From assembly GCA_964016885.1 (NCBI GenBank), contig OZ024743.1, forward strand, positions 104,966,001 to 105,030,000: a stretch of DNA of 64,000 bases. The letters run 5' to 3'. This DNA comes from Eledone cirrhosa (taxonomy: Eukaryota). This document shows, piece by piece, positions 59,028 to 64,000 of the stretch (position 1 is its first letter; every line of letters begins with the position of its first letter). The position numbers and the translations under genes are program-made. The notes below the pieces were generated by a model. It was not told where the DNA came from. It was given only the letters and a program-made list of their open reading frames with translations, and ran no database searches.

Positions 59028-60090
59028 ATGAAGAACCATGCACTAGAGAACTCTACGACGCTCGCCAATAAAATCTGGCAGCTTAAGGACAGAAACCTAG
59101 AATATAAGATTAGCTAGCCAAAATTATCGTTAGCGAAAGCCTACAGCAACGATATGTCCCACTGCGGGCTTTGTAATTTAGAACTACTACATATTTTAAG
59201 CTACGATGGGATGCTGCTTAACAGTAAAATAGAAAGATCTATTTTCTGTAGACACAAAATAGCTACTAGATTCACAAGCTTTAAACGACCATGAAATGAA
59301 CCAGCAATCCCAAAATTAGTACTGAACCACCTAAATTTTAACATATAGAATACACACCATCGCACTGCTATTAGCTATCAAACGGCAAACTGGTCACTGG
59401 ATCATAAATCTCTGAACATTTCATTCACCCGCTCTACCTGAAACAACATCAACCCCATTAAGATAGAACAATTAGCAAAACATTTACAACAAGCGTTTAT
59501 CAAATGTCCCGTCATCCCTAGCCCATAAATATCATACATACATCCAGCAATTAATCTCTAATTTACTGTCTCTTTTATTGGACCCTCTACACGTATCTAT
59601 TTACATCTCGAATCTAGTTTCCCCCCAACGAATCCTTATAAGAACACTTACTCAAAAACTACTACTATGTACTTACACGATCTCACTTATTTAATTATTT
59701 ATCTCTTTATATTTTCCATTCTCTTATTTTCTTACCTTTTTATGTACCCTATCTTATATTCTACTTTTACTTTTTACATCTGTAACTTCTCTACCTATTT
59801 ACCATACATGTAATATTATTGATGTTATTGTTTAGATTATACGTTATTTTATTATTGATGTTTTTGTTTTAATTATACGCTATTTCTCTATATAAGTCTT
59901 GCCTCGAGTGAATTATTTTCATATCTACGTACTCTGGTGTGTTGACCATAGGTGAATAATGTATTGGAGATCGAATAACGCAACATCAAGCGATTAGCGA
60001 ACTCTAGACCCACATGATAAACGAAACAATTGTCAGTAATTTAAATAAAGCCTTTATTGTACAGCCAACCATGTTACTCTTCATCCTTTA
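59028..60090 (+). mobile_element. PLE 3' end: GIY-YIG C-terminus (59028-59294), 3' UTR and decayed hammerhead (59930-60038)
   Basis: Manual translation NSTTLANKIWQLKD..IS*..AKAY..CGLCNLE..LLNSK.E..FCRHK; TACT-CTGGTGT-GTT...AAC-GAAA-CAATTG-TC-AGTA. Confidence 0.75.
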
Positions 60091-60115
60091 ACTATATATA
60101 TATATATATATATAT

Positions 60116-60839
60116 AAATGAAAAGTATAGAAATTGTTGTAGCGAGAAGCTTACAGTATTCCATAACATATATGTGACTATAGCGTCAAAATGGGAAAAT
60201 AGTTAACATAAGATATGGGAAAAATAATTCAGACTCAATTCAAAAGGAATCAGGATATAGATTTATCCAACAGAATTTAGAGAAATCCAGGGAAAAATCA
60301 ATAGAGCCTTAACTCATGATAAAACAAAGTCTAAAGTACTCAACCTTCAATTTGGGACAACTTCAAATGCTCTGTATAGTCTTGAAAAGACTATTTAACG
60401 AAAACTTTCAGTGGGGATGGTCACGGTTGGATTTCGTTCATCAGCAGAGCTCAACATGGTAACCGAGGTCTCACTGGTAATATGCCAAAAAGGGAATTTA
60501 GAAGCAGGCTAGTTTAACATCATGCGTGGTTATTAAAATAAACGCACATGTGGAAAAACAGGGCTGGTGACGTCAGAATGAGACAAATGTTTGTTTACAT
60601 GAAACAACAGTCAAAAACATTCCGAAAGAAAACTTTACAAAAGGAGTTCAGCAAAAAGCAATATCATCGCGGTCTTTTTTTTAAAAAAATACCGGGATTA
60701 GTCACAAATAATTTAAGCACTCTAGGAAATAAATCCGAGTATATATATATAAATGAAAAGTATAGAAATTGTTGTAGCGAGAAGCTAACAGTATTCCATA
60801 ACATATATGTGACTATAGCGTCAAAATGGGAAAATAGTT

Positions 60840-60845
<6 letters not shown>
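60116..60845. mobile_element. Non-coding monomer, period 635 bp, with ~95 bp terminal direct repeat, in (TA)n
   Basis: 60116-60210 is repeated at 60751-60845; CTGATGA (60438-60444) and GAAA (60406-60409) lie on the minus strand but the stems are not convincing. Confidence 0.65.
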
Positions 60846-60905
<60 letters not shown>

Positions 60906-62320
60906 CTTGCATGCATATATAGTTGTGGTAATTAACCAGTGATTAGTTTCGCAGTCGCTAACACCGATCAATAAATACTGCATAAATATGATTAAGCACT
61001 CAACGCCAGTATGCCTTTCGGAGTATGATATGGGGTCATGCAGGTCTGTGTATGATGGAGTATTTGTATAATAATAAAGTAGAAGGCAATAAGGTTATAC
61101 ATTACCGCATTTTTATATATATTTATATATTTAACGAAAAACCTGTGGTAAAACTGAACTCAGCAGCCTGTGATGGTAGTTGAAGTTCGTGACAAGCCGA
61201 CCAGTTTGTTTCCGGTCTCCAAGCATGTTCAACAATGCAATGAGATTTATTTGGCTCTCATTGTAATGAATGTACAAACCACGCCTCGAGCAATTTTGAC
61301 TCTGTAATAATGGTAATATTGATAATGATGACAATGATGATGATGATACTAATAATACTAATAATAATAATGATTTTAATAATAATTTTTTCTACTTTAA
61401 GCACAGGACCAACAATTTTGGGGTGAGCGGGGACATCGATTAAACCGACAATAGTGCGTTACTGGTACTTTAGGATGAAAGGCGAAAGTAACTTCGGCGG
61501 GAATTGAACTTAGAACGTAAAGGGCCATAACTCTATGCCGTAAAGAATATTGTCCGACGTACTATCAATACTACCAATCCACCAATAAATGACTGCCTTG
61601 GGGTGACACATGCAAGTCCATTCGGGATAGGTGTTTGACCAGTTTTTCACATTTACACCGAACGAGGTTGACCAAAAACCCCGTCATCAGTTTCCGCAAG
61701 TGATTAAGAAAACGTTGTAGCAGTCAAATATATCTTCACTTAAGGGACGGGCTCTTAAAGCCCGTTTCAAAAAGTTCCTCTTCTCCAACTCTTTGAAAAA
61801 TTCAAATTCTAAATGGCTACTTTAAAATATTGAAGGGAAAGTGGCTGTCACAGAGGTTAAGCTTTTCATATCATTACACATATTAGCAAAGCCAACTCCC
61901 GAACTTTCATAACAATAACGATAGCAACAACTCAGAAAATAATAACAATATTGATAACGACAATTTGCCAATCCCTTTTCCGTGGCAAAGATAAAAAAAA
62001 CAATAAAAAAACACAACGAAGTGAAAGAAAAACAACGAAAAACAGCTGCCGCCACCACCACCATTTTTAAACTGCGCCTACAAAGGATAGCAATGTGTAT
62101 TTAGCCTTGGTTGTTGACCTTCCTAGTTGTGGGCTATACAATAAAAACACTGGTAGTTACGTAACCTCATTAACGCAAATCTCATGAAAATGATGAGAAA
62201 AAAATATGAATTGAAACTGATATGGGGGTGGAAGTAAAAGTAGGACTTTCATGGAATTGGTTGACAAAATGTGATTTTAAGAGATCAAGCACTAAAGACA
62301 AACTCGATAAGGAATATATG

Positions 62321-62538
62321 GACAGTCGATCGACTTTCGTCAAATCGGACCGAGGAAACAATGTTTCTGTTGGTCTTTCCAATTGCTTATACTATCTATC
62401 GGTCGCAACTCCAAGTAGAAGGAACAACGTGAAGTAAAGTGTCTTGCTCAACGACATAGCGCATCGCCCATCCAGGAATCGAACTCACCACCTCAGAAAT
62501 GCGAATTCAATTCTCTATCCACTCAACCACACGCCTTC
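62321..62538 (-). mobile_element. tRNA-derived SINE family A
   Basis: Homologous to 27515-27733. Confidence 0.82.
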
Positions 62539-62589
62539 GGAATATATACATATATCCCAAATAATACAAATACATATAGGGTATGTGGG

Positions 62590-63200
62590 AAGAAGGTGGA
62601 AAGTGTAATGCATATGGTGAGTGCCTGTGGCATGCTCGTGTAGAGGGTATATAAAAAGCGTCAACATAAAATGTGCTTACACCCCCATTGGTCTTTATGC
62701 AAAAAATATGCGTTTGCAATCACTGAGAAATGGTATCAACACAAACCAGAAAGGTTCCTAGAAAATCAGACTATAAAACTCTTGTGGGACTTAACAATAC
62801 AGACAGATAGAGTTCCTCAAAATACAGGACCAGACATAATTTTGATGGAGAAAGGAACTCAAAGCAGGTGTTTGTTGATCGATTTAGCTTGCATAGGAGA
62901 CAATTACATCAATTGTAATAAAAACGAGAAAAATCTAAAGTATGCAGACTTGAGAATAGCTGTCGAGAGAATGTTGAATATAAAAGCGAGAGTTGTATCA
63001 ATTGTGATTGAAGCACTTGGGTCGGTGACAGAAAACTTCCAGAAAAACATTGATAGAATTGGAATCAGCCCCCGAATTACGGCATTGTAAAACAACCTTT
63101 GGGAACAGCAAATATCTTGCGGAAAGTATTGTGGTTACATAACTTGATAGGGAGTCAATTAAATGATCTGGTGTTAATAAGCTCATCATTGTTCAAATGA
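62590..63200 (+). mobile_element. Dong/R4-clade 3' fragment followed by (TAA)n
   Basis: HWSLC..WYQHKPE..LEN..KLLWDLTIQTDR..PDII..LIDLAC..EK..KYADL..IVI.ALG. Confidence 0.85.
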
Positions 63201-63235
63201 TTAATAATAATAATTGCTTCTACTTTTTGGCACAA

Positions 63236-63267
<32 letters not shown>

Positions 63268-64000
63268 TATAATTGCTTCTACTTTAGGCACAAGGCCAAC
63301 AATTTGAAAGGGAGGAGAAAGTCGATTAAATCGATACCAGTGCATTACTGGTACTTTATTTTATCGACTCTGTAAGGATGACTAATAATGGTAATAATTA
63401 GAATAATAAATAGATGAAAAAAAAGGAATTAACCAAATGCCCCCCCCCCCCCCTCCCCCCACGAAAAAAACAAAAAAAACAAACAAACAAAATAACATTC
63501 GAAACATTAAGGAAACAACAAAAACCTCCACAACAACAGCAACAAACAACAGTATTGAAATAAGAATACCATAACGTCGCTCCAGCATTGCCACAAACCA
63601 ACTAGTAAACGAGTAAACATATAAATGAAATAAAAGCCACCATGTTTAACATTGATGAAGACAATTAAAGTGCTATATTTGCTGTGGAAGATACACGATA
63701 ATTTCAAATGTTATTTCATTTAGATTTTCGTCATTCGTCATTCTTGCTATTTCATTCTTTGCTTCTCCGTCTTCCTTCTTCCTTCGCCATTTTTCTTTTT
63801 CTATTTTTTTTCCATTTTACCTTGTTTAGTTATTTATTTGTTTATTTGTGATTTATGTTTTTGGTATATTTGTTTGTGACAATTTCCCATCGCATTATAA
63901 ATTTTGATAGAATTTCATAACATTCCAAATGAATTTAAATTTATGATTAGCAAGCGAACATGTAACAGATCTTAATTCTTAATCTAATTTTAGCTGAAAA

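Overview
AT-rich eukaryotic DNA that looks intergenic or intronic. The SINE families and long (TA)n/(CA)n tracts suggest a cephalopod such as Octopus; this is inferred, not proven. No host protein-coding gene is supported, and most listed ORFs are microsatellite artefacts. The window is a nested stack of transposons: several Penelope-like elements (PLEs, three with head-to-head inverted architecture), two CR1-group LINEs, R4/Dong, CRE and probable Tx1 fragments, an internally deleted Helitron, a mariner MITE and two tRNA-derived SINE families. Reading the non-coding DNA by eye shows a dense, diverse set of hammerhead ribozyme (HHR) motifs, about 20 intact or decayed. They lie in PLE pseudo-LTRs and in several unrelated ~480-680 bp ORF-less retrozyme-like monomers. 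The top candidate for novelty is a five-copy repeat family carrying all hammerhead core elements, with covarying stem I, in an order that matches none of types I, II or III. All structures were assigned by manual pairing and none has been tested for activity.
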